NCBI GenBank assembly: GCA_002269645.1
Contig: NIVC01000209.1
Location: 159,619 to 223,618, forward strand
Length of the DNA: 64,000 bases
Direction of reading: 5' to 3'
From: Macrostomum lignano
Lineage: Eukaryota
Positions within the stretch are counted from its first letter, which is position 1. Every line of letters begins with the position of its first letter. A program made the position numbers and the translations under genes. The notes beneath the pieces were generated by a model. The model saw only the letters and a list, made by a program, of their open reading frames with translations. It was not told the DNA's origin and did no database searches. Shown piece after piece: positions 13,156-24,627 of this stretch.

Positions 13156-14171
13156 TATATGATAATGGCAATTTAATAAGCATTCTATGGTCAGAGTGTC
13201 CGAGGCTGCATTTAATGGTCCCGAGGCGAGCGAAGCGAGTGTGGCCAAGGACATTCTAACCATAGACAGCTTAATTTAATGGCTATTATTTTATAATAAA
13301 TCAGATTGCTTATTTTGGGCCGTATGCAGAAAGCCTAGTCCAGACTAGCTTGTCCGGACTGGCTAGTTCAGTCTATGGTCTATGGTATAGCTAGAATTGT
13401 GGAAGTGTAGCTCGTCTAACAAATAGTAGGAAAATAAACGTCAACAAAAACATAAAAAGTCCAACAGAAGACGTCAAACACAAGACGTCGTCAGGGCAAA
13501 TTCAATCAACCTAAGATCACACCACCAATATATTTAAGCAAAAATCACTGTACAGTCCAGAGGCGGGTCAAAACAGTCCGGTAGAATTTAGAAAATGCCA
13601 AGTACATAACAACGTGAGAGAGAAAAAAAAATAATAAAAAAATAGGCACGGCTCTGCTCACAGTACTCTTAGCTCACGCTTGCTTGGCTTAGCTTGGCCA
13701 AAAAAACTGTAAGGCGTCATGTTGCTACTGAAATAACTGCTTACAGCGTTAGATTATTTTAAACCCCATGCTTGTTTCCAAAAAAAACTTACCATTGCCC
13801 ATCGAAAAACTGCCGGCATTGTGGTGCCAGCCAGTGAATTTTTATCATTCATTTTAGTCATATTGTTGCTATGGCGACGCTGCTCAGCGCTGATGACGGC
13901 TGAGGCACACGCGTGAGATCCGTGCGCGGAAGGGCACTGAGCTAACACCCCCATTGCCAAACCTGCTGCTTGATGGGTCAGCTGCTTCTTTCTCTCTCTC
14001 CCTATGCACACGCCTGTGCATGCAGATTAGATTCATATAGAAGCAGCATAGAAGAAGTCAGCCATTGTTATAAATTTAAATCGTTTTTTTAGCAATTTTA
14101 CGCTGCAATTTAATCCCCCCAGCTCTACTATGTGCGCAGAGGCTTTCGCTTACTAGAAAAAGTGTCCGAAA

Positions 14172-17100
14172 ATGCTTGCTGTGAGTCTTGTCGCAGTTCT
14201 TGGCGCAGCCTTCGCGCTGGGCGACACATCCTACTCTTATTCTAACCTGGGCTGCTTTATTGACGATGACGACCGGGACCTCCTCGGCCTGGTTGGCATC
14301 ACCACGATGGGAGAGTACAGCGTAAGTTTATTTATTGTCATTACCTGGATTAATCTGAGGCACCAGATAATCAGGAGCTGCCATATCCGCCGCCCTCCCA
14401 GATCCAGGGTTCCCACCGCCGCTGCTCTTCCCAGATCCTTAGTTGCTGGGTTCCCACCGCCGCTGCTCTTCCCAGATCCTCAGTTGCTGGGTTTCCACCG
14501 CCGCTGCTCTTCCCAGATCCTCAGTTGCTGGGTTCCCACCGCCGCTGCTCTTCCCAGATCCTCAGTTGCTGGGTTCCCACCGCCGCTGCTCTTCCCAGAT
14601 CCTCAGTTGCTGGGTTCCCACCGCCGCTGCTCTTCCCAGATCCTCAGTTGCTGGGTTCCCACCGCCGCTGCTCTTCCCAGCTCCTCAGTTGCTGGGTTCC
14701 CACCGCCGCTGCTCTTCCCAGATCCTCAGTTGCTGGGTTCCCACCGCCGCCTTCCCAGATCCTCAGTTGCTGGGCCACCACCCTCTCATAGTTTGTCTTC
14801 CATTCTCCCAGAACAACCACTGCAGTAGCAAATACTAGCAAGAGGAGCGATAAACAGCCACTGCCCCGCACCACACAAGAGCGCTGATGAGCATCCCTAG
14901 CTTATAATTTGATGGTCGTAGAACGTATAAAAACCAAATTACTAATAAGAAACAAGAAAATATTAGCATTTATCAATTGGAGTTATCATATAAGTTATCA
15001 TTAGAGTTGTAATTAGAGATTATTAGGAGTTATCATTAGGAGTTATCATTAGGAGTTATCATTAGATTTATCATTAGGAGCTACCATTAGAGTTATCATT
15101 AGGAGTCATCATTAGAGTTATCATTAGGAGTTACCATTAGAGTTATCATTAGGAGTTACCATTAGGAGTTATCATTAGGAGTCATCATTAGGAGTTACCA
15201 TTAGAGTTATCATTAGGAGTTATCATTAGGAGTTATCATTAGAGTTATCATTAGCAGTCATCATTAAAGTTATCATTAGGAGTCATCATTAGGAGTTACC
15301 ATTAGAGTTATCATTAGGAGTTACCATTAGGAGTCATCATTAGAGTTATCATTAGGAGTTACCATTAGAGTTATCATTAGGAGTTACCATTAGGAGTTAT
15401 CATTAGGAGTTATCATTAGGAGTTACCATTAGAGTTATCATTAGGAGTTACCATTAGGAGTTATCATTAGGAGTTATCATTAGGAGTTACCATTAGAGTT
15501 ATCATTAGGAGTTACCATTAGGAGTCATCATTAGAGTTATCATTAGGAGTTACCATTAGAGTTATCATTAGGAGTTACCATTAGGAGTTATCATTAGGAG
15601 TTATCATTAGGAGTTACCATTAGAGGTATCATTAGGAGTTACCATTAGGAGTTATCATTAGGAGTTACCATTAGAGTTATCATTAGGAGTTACCATTAGG
15701 AGTTATCATTAGGAGTTATCATTAGGAGTCATCATTAGGAGTTACCATTAGGAGTTACCATTAGGAGTTATCATTAGGAGTTATCATTAGGAGTCATCAT
15801 TAGGAGTTACCATTAGAGTTATCATTAGGAGTTACCATTAGGAGTCATCATTAGCAGTCATAATTAAAGGTATCATTAGGAGTCATCATCACGAGTCAAT
15901 AAGAATCACCGCACTTATGTTACATCATGCTAATGATGTAACCGCCCTTGTCGCCTGTCCGCTCCGTAGAGAGACGAACGCATGACCGGAGGGGGCAATG
16001 ACCGTAGGCTGCCTATGACCGGGCAATGACCTGACGGACCTCCAGCACCAGACTGTCCCGCCCACATGATTGATAGCTTTGGTAGCGCTTCGTGACCAGA
16101 GGGCCAAGGACCCACATGGACCCCACCTGTAGCCAAGGTGCAATAGTTGGTCACTCGGTCATAGTATGACCGAATGGCTGCCACCACTCTATGTGACCCG
16201 GCGCACCTAGATCTTACTACCAGACCTCTCGAGGCTAGAGCCCCGCCTGGGATGGTTACCAGGAGATATAGGCTAACAGGGGAGACACATGCAGCCGAGT
16301 ACAGGGACTCTGCTTGAGGCATGATCGGGAACTCTGGGCTCAATCTGGAGGATTTCTCAGCAGGGGATCCTTTGTGGCTGTGAGCGAGGCGGACTTGCGA
16401 CTTTGATTACTAAGAGTAGTATGAGGCGAACATGTGCTGTCTATAGTTTAGATTTCTCAGGGCAAAGGGACGCGTCAGCATGGGGTTGCAACCTTCCTAC
16501 TGCCATTCTGTGCCAAGACTCGCTAATTCCTCTACTGCACGCACACACGGCCCCGCAGCACGCACTCACAGGAGGCCATTAGCTTACCCAAACTTCCTTA
16601 TGCTTTGCCACCCCGAGAGAAAGGCTTAGCAAGCCATGAGTTAAATGATGGTGGAAGAGTGAATAATGATGAGGTTAGTTAATAGTTAATAATTAGGCCC
16701 TTAGGCAAATAATCAGGCAAGTAGGCGGCTTCACTATTGAGTAAAAGTACAGCAAAAGTTACGGTATCACAATTGGCTCAGCTCTCTAATCAAGTAATGG
16801 CAAAAATAGGCAAACCCCGGATAAGCAAAGGCGATTAGAGCACAAATTAGTAATAGGAACTTACCGGCAGCTGCACAGAAAGAGAGAGCGGCAGAGTGAC
16901 CGAGGGCGGCTGTAGGCTGCAGTCAGGCAGACAGTGAAGCGGCGATGCGCTGAAGCGACGAGGCGCTGATGTAGATCAGGCGATGCTGATGATGCTGGGC
17001 GGTATCAGACCGCTGGCCGATAGGCGAGCTCACTTGGGAGCTAAGGTAACTGGGCGGTATCAGACCGTGGACCGGCAGAGGCTCGTCCTACAGACGAATA

Positions 17101-19464
17101 GGTCAGAGCTACGTCTGACGGCAAGTCCAAAGAAGGACGGGGAGACGCACAGTCTGAGGAGACCGGAACCCCGAGAGTTGAGGATTCTCATGCCGAAAAC
17201 CGCCTCCTTATATAGACACCCCAGCCGCCGCTCCAAGGTCGTTTCCGTGACTCCCTCTCTCTGATTGGCTGCCGGCAGAATGACGTCAGAATGAGTCAGG
17301 ATGAGAAGTATGAGAACGGCATAGCAATATGAGAAATGGGAGAATTGCGCAATCCGGAGGTGGGGTGGGGGATAATTGGCGCAGCGGGAGGTCGCGAAAG
17401 TGTTGCGCAAGCAAACATTGAGAACAATGGGGCGGGGGTCCAGAACAAAGGAATTGGAAATCGGGGATAATTGGGGAGAACCGAGAACAATAGAAAAGCA
17501 AACATTGGGGAAAAGGTGATAATTAGGTGCGAAAATGAGAACAATAGAAAGAGAAAATCGGAGAAAATGTGATAATTGGTGGGGATAAAGAGAACAAAAG
17601 AATAAAAAACGAGAACAATAGAAGCGGAGGTGGGGTGGGTGTCGCATGAGAAATTTTGGGAGAAGAACAATAGTATGAGAAAAGTTTGCGCAAGAGAGGG
17701 GGATGAGTCATCGATGAATCATCGAGGGGAAGGAGGGGTCACACGACTTGCGTCACCGTTTGGGAGTTTGAGAAGGGAAGGGGTGACGGTGAGCGCATAA
17801 AATACTGTAAGTAGACGCAGAGAAAGGGGGGCAGCGCAGGAAACTAGTGCAGAAAGAGACAAAAAAGAGGAGAGACAGGGAAAGTACACGAAGAATAGGG
17901 CGGAAAGCAGAAGAGATAGGGTGGAGGGGGAGGCACAGAGAGGGGTAGGGAGTGTTTAGGAGATGGCTTACATGTACTTTTCATTCACCTGCGCGTAACT
18001 TTCATATCAGAGATTTTGGTATACGTACGTTTCAGCCCCAGCCACCATTATAATGTTCAGCCGCACCCACTCTATTTATTTAAAATTATTGCAATATATA
18101 GTTATCAATCAAAGCATTCTGGTTTTTGTTCGTTTGGCTAGTAGCCGAAAAATAGTCGCTTACTGCGAAGACTCAATTTATTGCATGAACCATCAAAACA
18201 GGGAGCTCCGGAAAGGCAAGTGTGGCGGCAGGGGAGACGGAGCCAAGGCAGCAGGGGGTGCAGCAGAGCGGGAGTCTCCAGGCCTGGTCGAAGACCTGGC
18301 CGAGTCTCAACAGCTCTGTGTAGGGGGTGCACGGCGATAGGAGGCACTTTCGAAAAAGTTCACCTGCCCTATCCCGCGACCAGAGCGTGGTTACATCACT
18401 AATTGGATTTCTGCCCCCAATGGAATAATCAGCCGCTAGGAGATATGAAATCGTTTTTTAGATTTACAACCCTCTTCTAATTATACAGAAAGCTAGTAGT
18501 ATGTCATGCACATAGCATTTTAAAATATGTTTCTAAATTTACATTTCTTCTTTAACTAAATTGCATTGCTACTTACGACTATTTTCTTCACTAAATTGCA
18601 GCCGAACAACCTATGGGCTATAAGCAGCACCGCAATGACTCCAGACTACTGCGCCAAAGTGTGCTCTCTCGGCGGCTTCCCATACTTCGGAGTGCAGTAT
18701 TATAGTTTTTGTTTCTGCAGCCGGTCCTACGGATCCCATGGACAGGCTGTGGACGAACAATGCAACACACCGTGCAAAGGCAATGCTTCGATTAACTGCG
18801 GTGGAACGTGGCGCAACTCGGTCTTCGCTATGCGCTACGGCTCCAGTGAGATCAAGTTGTTTTCTAAGAAATTACCTCAGTATAATTTGAATTGGAATTC
18901 ATTCATTATCGATAGTTGATTAAGGAATTTGAACCGATTGAAAATAAAAATTATCGATTAATCGTTGAGACATTCTACAACCTAGCATTCACGTCCTGCA
19001 ATCCAACATCCACGCCCTGCAATCCAACATCCACGCCCTGCAATCCAACATCCACATCCTGCAATCCAACATCCACATCCTGCAATCAAACATCCACATC
19101 CTGTAATCCAACATCCACGTCCTGCAATGCAACATCCACGCCCTGCAATCCAACATCCACCTCCCCAAATCAATGTGGCATGTTCATTGCTCGTCCATCT
19201 TCCGCAGACAACGGCTGCCGCTCGTCGTACCACCCGAACCCGAGCCGACCCCAGCTGGAGGTGAGCAGCTCCTACTCGAAGGCCACCTACTGGACGGAAG
19301 CCATTCCAAATATCGCCGGCTGCATTCAAAGATGCAGCACCGCCGCTAGCAGCTGCCTGGCGGTGCTTTTCAACCGACAGGCCCGGCTCTGCCACCTGCT
19401 GAAGTTCGCTCTGGTGCCGCAGGCTCTGAGCACCGTCGATGGAGAGTTCTATGCTCGTGGATAA
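14172..19464 (+). CDS. Secreted WSC-domain + PAN/Apple-like protein, paralogue 3 (3 exons, 216 aa)
   Basis: Exons 14172-14321, 18602-18845, 19208-19464 join in frame (651 nt) with GT-AG introns of phase 0 and 1. Signal peptide MLAVSLVAVLGAAFALG; WSC (LGCFID..R..MTPDYCAKVC..CGGTWRNSVF) and PAN-like domain. Confidence 0.88.
14390..14775. repeat. 41-bp minisatellite in intron 1 of paralogue 3
   Basis: Period of 41 read directly (CCGCCGCTGCTCTTCCCAGATCCTCAGTTGCTGGGTTCCCA). Confidence 0.93.
14990..15890. repeat. 12/13-bp minisatellite (ATTAG(G)AGTTA(T/C)C)n
   Basis: Read directly. Confidence 0.95.
17207..17298 (-). promoter_or_regulatory. Pol II promoter-like motif cluster, antisense to the host gene
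   Basis: On the minus strand: TATATAAG (17207-17214), CCAAT (17264-17268) about 50 bp upstream of it, CRE TGACGTCA (17281-17288) and AP-1 TGAGTCA (17292-17298). Confidence 0.4.
18990..19165. repeat. 21-bp minisatellite (CTGCAATCCAACATCCACGCC)n in intron 2 of paralogue 3
   Basis: Read directly; open and in frame with exon 3. Confidence 0.92.
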
Positions 19465-20218
19465 AATCCTTTGTATTCTCGTTGTAAATTAGGATTAATT
19501 TTCGTTCACTTTGATCGGTTTGACAGCTGTCTGCGATGTTCTGGCTCTCTGGAGACTCTGACAGTAAAGTTGTTTTTTAACGATTGAACAAATCAGAAGT
19601 AATCAATTTGCTTTTCCTGAGAGCTTTAAAAATTCTACGTACGGACGTTAGGACTCTCATAAAATACTCTTGACTAACATGTTAAAAATATTCTTGCAAT
19701 ATCCTTGATCCTTTGAAATTTAAGTAAATATAAGAGAGTTATATAGCTAGCCAATCTGCATCCTGGTCCCCCTCTGCGAACCATCCAATTTCTGCTGCGC
19801 TTGTTCTTTAGAGGTGATTGATACAACAAAAAATTATAAGACAAGTTTTTTACTGTATATCGATCAAGAATGAAGCGATGGACCTTTTTATGACCCTCTC
19901 GACAAAGAAAATGCTACTGCTTATCATTTCATGATCTATCGATATGATTGATATGGCATGCTTCTACTGACACTGGTTCAAAGCAAGCAAATACAACCAG
20001 CAATTACAGTGTTTGAAGTGTCTGCAGCCTAGCGCGTGACCCAACCAAATTACAAGTACAATGCAGCCTACAACGAAACCTGTCGATTTGTTATCCATAA
20101 CATTTCTAGATGCTAAAGCAAGATAATGTTTGTCGCAACATAAACTTTCGGTGTAGATATAGAACCGAAACACATCTTGAGGCCTCGACCGGTTAGCTTT
20201 CAATATCTTGTAGCCAAA

Positions 20219-23200
20219 ATGCCAGCCGCCTGTCGACTTTTTCTAACCGTTTCTAGTCTGTTCTGTGCAGCATCATGGCTGACTTCAACAGCCGATGCAA
20301 CCGATGCAGCCGCTGCAGCCGCTGCACAGTTCCTAGCCAGAGGCCACGTCAACGGCTGTCCATTCTCGGTGCTGGATCTCGGTCGGGGACGCGACTCGGC
20401 TGACGAACGACTGCTGATGGAGCCGCTGATGTGCGTGACGACAAGTCCTGACGAATTGGCGCCGCGTTTCGACCCGGTGCTGCGGCGCTCCTACCTGAGC
20501 GTGCCGGTGCTTTTGAGCGACAGCGAGTTGCTTGCCCATGCGTCTCGTCAAGTCAACCGACCGGACTTGGGGACGCTGAGCTCTGCACGAATTACCGAAG
20601 TTAATACCGTGGAAGACGGATTGCCAACCAGTGTCATTGTGGCATTGGACTTTGTGTGGACTCCGCCTCAGCCTGTGGGATTTCTATGGCTGGGATGTCG
20701 AAGAGAGGTTGGATGCAACGAAATGTAAGACGCAGCAAGTGGCACGGGCGCAATCAAGGCTAAAGTAGGAGGCATAGCTCGTACGAGTACATACGTAGTC
20801 TCTTTTCAAACAAGAACTGTTGGTTGGTTCATTCCTGCTAAAACTAAGAACTAAGACACATTGGTTTATGGCTTTTGCACGAATAGAAAAACGCAAAACA
20901 TTGGGTAAGGCTGTTGTGAAATCTTACTGATGAGTTAACGACAGAGAACACCTAGCTTTATGTAAATTTTACATGGGAGAGCTGTTGTATAAACCGAACT
21001 TACCTTTATAACCAACTCAGACTCAGAAGCCATCAGTTAGAAGCCATCGAGGGTGTCCTGCTGTCGGCAAAACTCCTGGGGCTCTCCAGCAATTCCAGCA
21101 CGACATTCACCTATCGACTGATGGTGCAAAATCAAACCTTGTCGATGTCAAACGGCGGAAGTCGAGACGTTGCGCGTCCGCCGACTTGTCCTCAACTGCG
21201 ACCTCTGAAAACTTTAGAGTCGGAAAACTGCGCCATCCAGGTTTACCAGAGGCTGGATAGGAGGGGTCATTATCTAGTTGAACCGTTGTTATGCTACGAT
21301 AAAACGATCGCAAAGACGGTGCTTCGTAAAGACAAACTCCGAGGCACAAACTACTTGCGTCTGACTCTTATGCTGCAAGACGATTTTGTTCTGAACACAG
21401 TGAAAACTCATCTGGAGTACCTCAGACCCATCTCCGTTGAGTTTATGCGACTTTGGCAAGCTAAAGCTGTCGTCGATTCGGAATTTAGTAATCGCTATCA
21501 GATTGGAACGTTGTTGATCTCAGAAAACAGCAGCTTAGCTAAAGTGCAAGTGCACTGCAGCAACTGGTCAGACTGTGCAGCCTTGCGGTGAGACATCTGT
21601 CTTGGATTTACCTACCATAGGTTCACAGCTGTCATTTATTCATCTCGGGTTGCTGTAAAAATCGACCGAATTCATTTTTAATAAAGGGGAAAATACATGT
21701 ACTTTCACCTGCTCAGGTGCGCCATCACCACGGACCCAATCTATTTTTGGCGTCACGTCAAGTGGACCTACGAGACGACAGTAGATGACACCTGTCTGCA
21801 CACGCCAGCTACCGGCCCAAGGCACTCTTGGCAGGTGCTACGCGAAGCTAAACCGATTTCAGCTCGATCGAGACGCCAGCTCCAATGCAACGGCACACCT
21901 TGCAAGTACGTGAAGTACAGAGGCGGCAAAGAGTACACCGTTGTGCTTCAACGAATCCGAGGAAGCGTCAGTTTCCAGCGAAACTGGACCGAGTATGAGA
22001 ACGGTTTCGGGGACGAGACAGATTTTTGGATCGGTTAGTTCAAATTAATATGCGGTTAGTTCAAACCCTTTTTAAAACTGATTTGAGCGATCTTTGATCC
22101 GCGGAACTACAGCTAGCTACAGGGTCTTTACCTTAATCCGGAACCCGGCCAGAAAATTCTACCAGGAACCCTGGTATTAAAACCCGACCACAATCCTGTA
22201 CTATGCTAATTATCTATCCACTTTGACTCTCTTCCTTCATCCTTCTTTTATCTGTCCACAGTTCTTAGCTGACATGCCATTTCCAACGGTCTCATTGTTG
22301 GCAAAGTTGTCTGACAGATCAAGTAGCTCTGTATGTCTGACTCTCCCCAATATTACGTGTACATGTAAGATATACACTATATGAGTCACTTATGGTGAAC
22401 ACGCTGCGCAGTCGAGGGGGTTATAGTGGACGAACTGGCGGAGATTCTCGGGCCTGAAAACGTCGGTAAGATCCGAGTTTATCCTGTGGTAGGTGAGCCT
22501 GTCCTGAGTAAAGGGTTCGATTGCGTGCACATCACAGATGAAGTGTTCTGAATTCTCAACACCATAGCCTGAGAGGGTCGCCAAAATATCCGCCCAAATG
22601 TCCAAGCGGAGAATGTGAGACTGGCTGCTAGGAAAGGGCAGCGAAGGACTGTCAACAGTCGGGATGGGGGGGGCGTTAGCCCCCTTTTTCTGTGCTCTGA
22701 TCCCACCCAACTGGTTAATCGGAGTGATGACGGCCACGGGCAGGGGGGCAATGAAGGATTCAGTCGATAAATCTCTCGTTGCCATAGTGCCCTACCCATG
22801 CTACACGCATATGATGATATTTCAAGCCTTTTACACTCAGGTCTAGAAGCGGTGCACGCGCTGAGCAAGTTTGGAATCACTCTGCGAATCGAGCTCAAAC
22901 TATTCAATGGCACTGAACTGTTTGGAGAATTTAATGAATTTCGAGTTGGAAATTCAAGTACAAATTATCGAATGACGTACTCAGAAATGGCAACAACTGC
23001 TGGCTTCTCAAATATGGGATTCGATCCACTAATCAAGCACCAGGGCATGCAGTTCTCAACTTTGGATCGGGATAACGACGCCAATGAGTACTCGTGCTCC
23101 AACAACTGGGGCAGAGGTGGCTGGTGGTTCAGCAGCTGCTACGATTTCTACCCAACGGGGCTGTTTCCACTCAGCAAGACGAGTAACTATAGCTACATGA

Positions 23201-23271
23201 TTTTCGGAGACGTTCAACGGCTGGCCTTTCGACAGGTTCGACTAATGTTCGAGGCCGATTTTTGCGGTTAG
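20219..23271 (+). CDS. Secreted fibrinogen-related protein (C-terminal FBG/FReD domain; 4 exons, about 583 aa)
   Basis: Exons 20219-20724, 21090-21587 (acceptor could instead be 21099), 21717-22033, 22841-23271 join in frame. Signal-peptide-like start. FBG motifs VLQRIRGSVSFQRNWTEYENGFG..FWIGLEAVH, FSTLDRDND, GGWWFSSC. AATAAA at 23310. Confidence 0.88.
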
Positions 23272-23365
23272 AAACCACTAAGAAGATTGCAGAAGCTCAG
23301 AAGTTATTCAATAAAAATTGACCTTTATATAATATAAATTGTTTTACTTCTCTCAATAAAATCTA

Positions 23366-23605
23366 CACTCAGCAACATGTTAAAGTTTCCACCCAAAGCC
23401 AGTGGTCATGAATAATGAATGAATTAATTAATTAATTAATTTTTAATATTATCATTGACAATACAATAATATCAGTTTATTTTTCTTCTTATCAGCTTGA
23501 TTACGAAATCAGCCCATACGAGCCCGCGAACGTGGTGTGAATTGCGTCATTTGGGGCTGAGATCTGACGGGTTCTGGGGTGGAAACTTTAACATGTTGCT
23601 GAGTG
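23366..23605. mobile_element. 240-bp Tc1/mariner-type MITE
   Basis: Perfect 29-bp TIRs (CACTCAGCAACATGTTAAAGTTTCCACCC at 23366-23394, inverse at 23577-23605) with TA on both flanks. Confidence 0.88.
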
Positions 23606-23619
23606 TACATGAAGAGTGT

Positions 23620-23990
23620 GTACTCTTGACTGGAGGGCTGTGCAGGCACCCTATGGCGCAACGCCTTCGGCGACGCTGAAGTGATTCTGCCCTTTCTGCT
23701 GACCTCCTGAGCACAAACAAGCGCGCCAATACTGCTGTATGAAGGCACGCACTCATACACGTACACGCTCTTACAGGGTGGGTACAGCGGCCCTTGGCTT
23801 TCTAATCATAAAAAAAGTGCACTCTCGAGCTCTGCAGTGCCTTGGGGATTGGCCCATATGGCTTGTGAATCGCACGACCAACTACGCCCAACAATTTTCG
23901 TGAACAAGCCCAATACTATGGCTGCGCACGGAATCGAGAACCAGTAGTCGTGGCGCGAGACTCAGGCAAACTTAATAACCATTTTACTGC
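23620..23990 (-). mobile_element. Diverged tRNA-derived SINE copy (same family as 4200-4560)
   Basis: Shared blocks GTACAGCGGCCC, CCTTGGGG(A/G)TTGGC and GGAATCGAG on the + strand. Confidence 0.55.
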
Positions 23991-24627
23991 TCTGTCTCAA
24001 GTGCTACTTGTATGTCTGTTCTATTTCGTATTTTAAAAATGTTTTAATTATTCTAGAAACTAAATTCGCCGTTTAAAAAAATTATGAGTTTTTTTCTCAT
24101 CCTGATCAGGATTGTGTGGAGTTTTAAAAGCCGGGGAGGTGTGCGATACTTTTACTTACAACTGCTATTCTACTAAAGACTTTTCAAGGTAGACTTGAGT
24201 AGTCCTTGTATTCTACGTACCTGTGTACGTGCACTGATATTAGGCCCGCGTATCTATACTTTAAATGCATGAAACATCTTGTTTTTAAAAAATGTTTCGT
24301 TTACTTTGTAAGTAGCTTTTGTACTAGTAGTTGTAGCACATACTTAAATCATGCAGTGCGTAATTATTTTTTGGGGTTAATAATTGAAGAAATTTCGTTT
24401 TTGCAGGCTAGCTGTAGGCCTGTAGTAATTCTAAAAGGCGCTAAGTATACATACTTCCATATGGTACATCGATCTCAGCCGCCATGACGGCTTTGTGATG
24501 CCTAGGGCCTTTTCATATTGCTTGCTCTGGTTCCAGAACCATAGAACCAATTTGTGAAGTATAACTTTTTGTCTCCATAACTAGAGGGAGATACGTGCTA
24601 TAAAGTTTTTATTATTGAATGTAGGAT

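Noticed and set aside
14172-14828. 218-aa ORF with signal peptide and repeats
   Set aside because: Read-through of a perfect GTAAGT donor into a 41-bp intronic array; the spliced model matches the paralogues.
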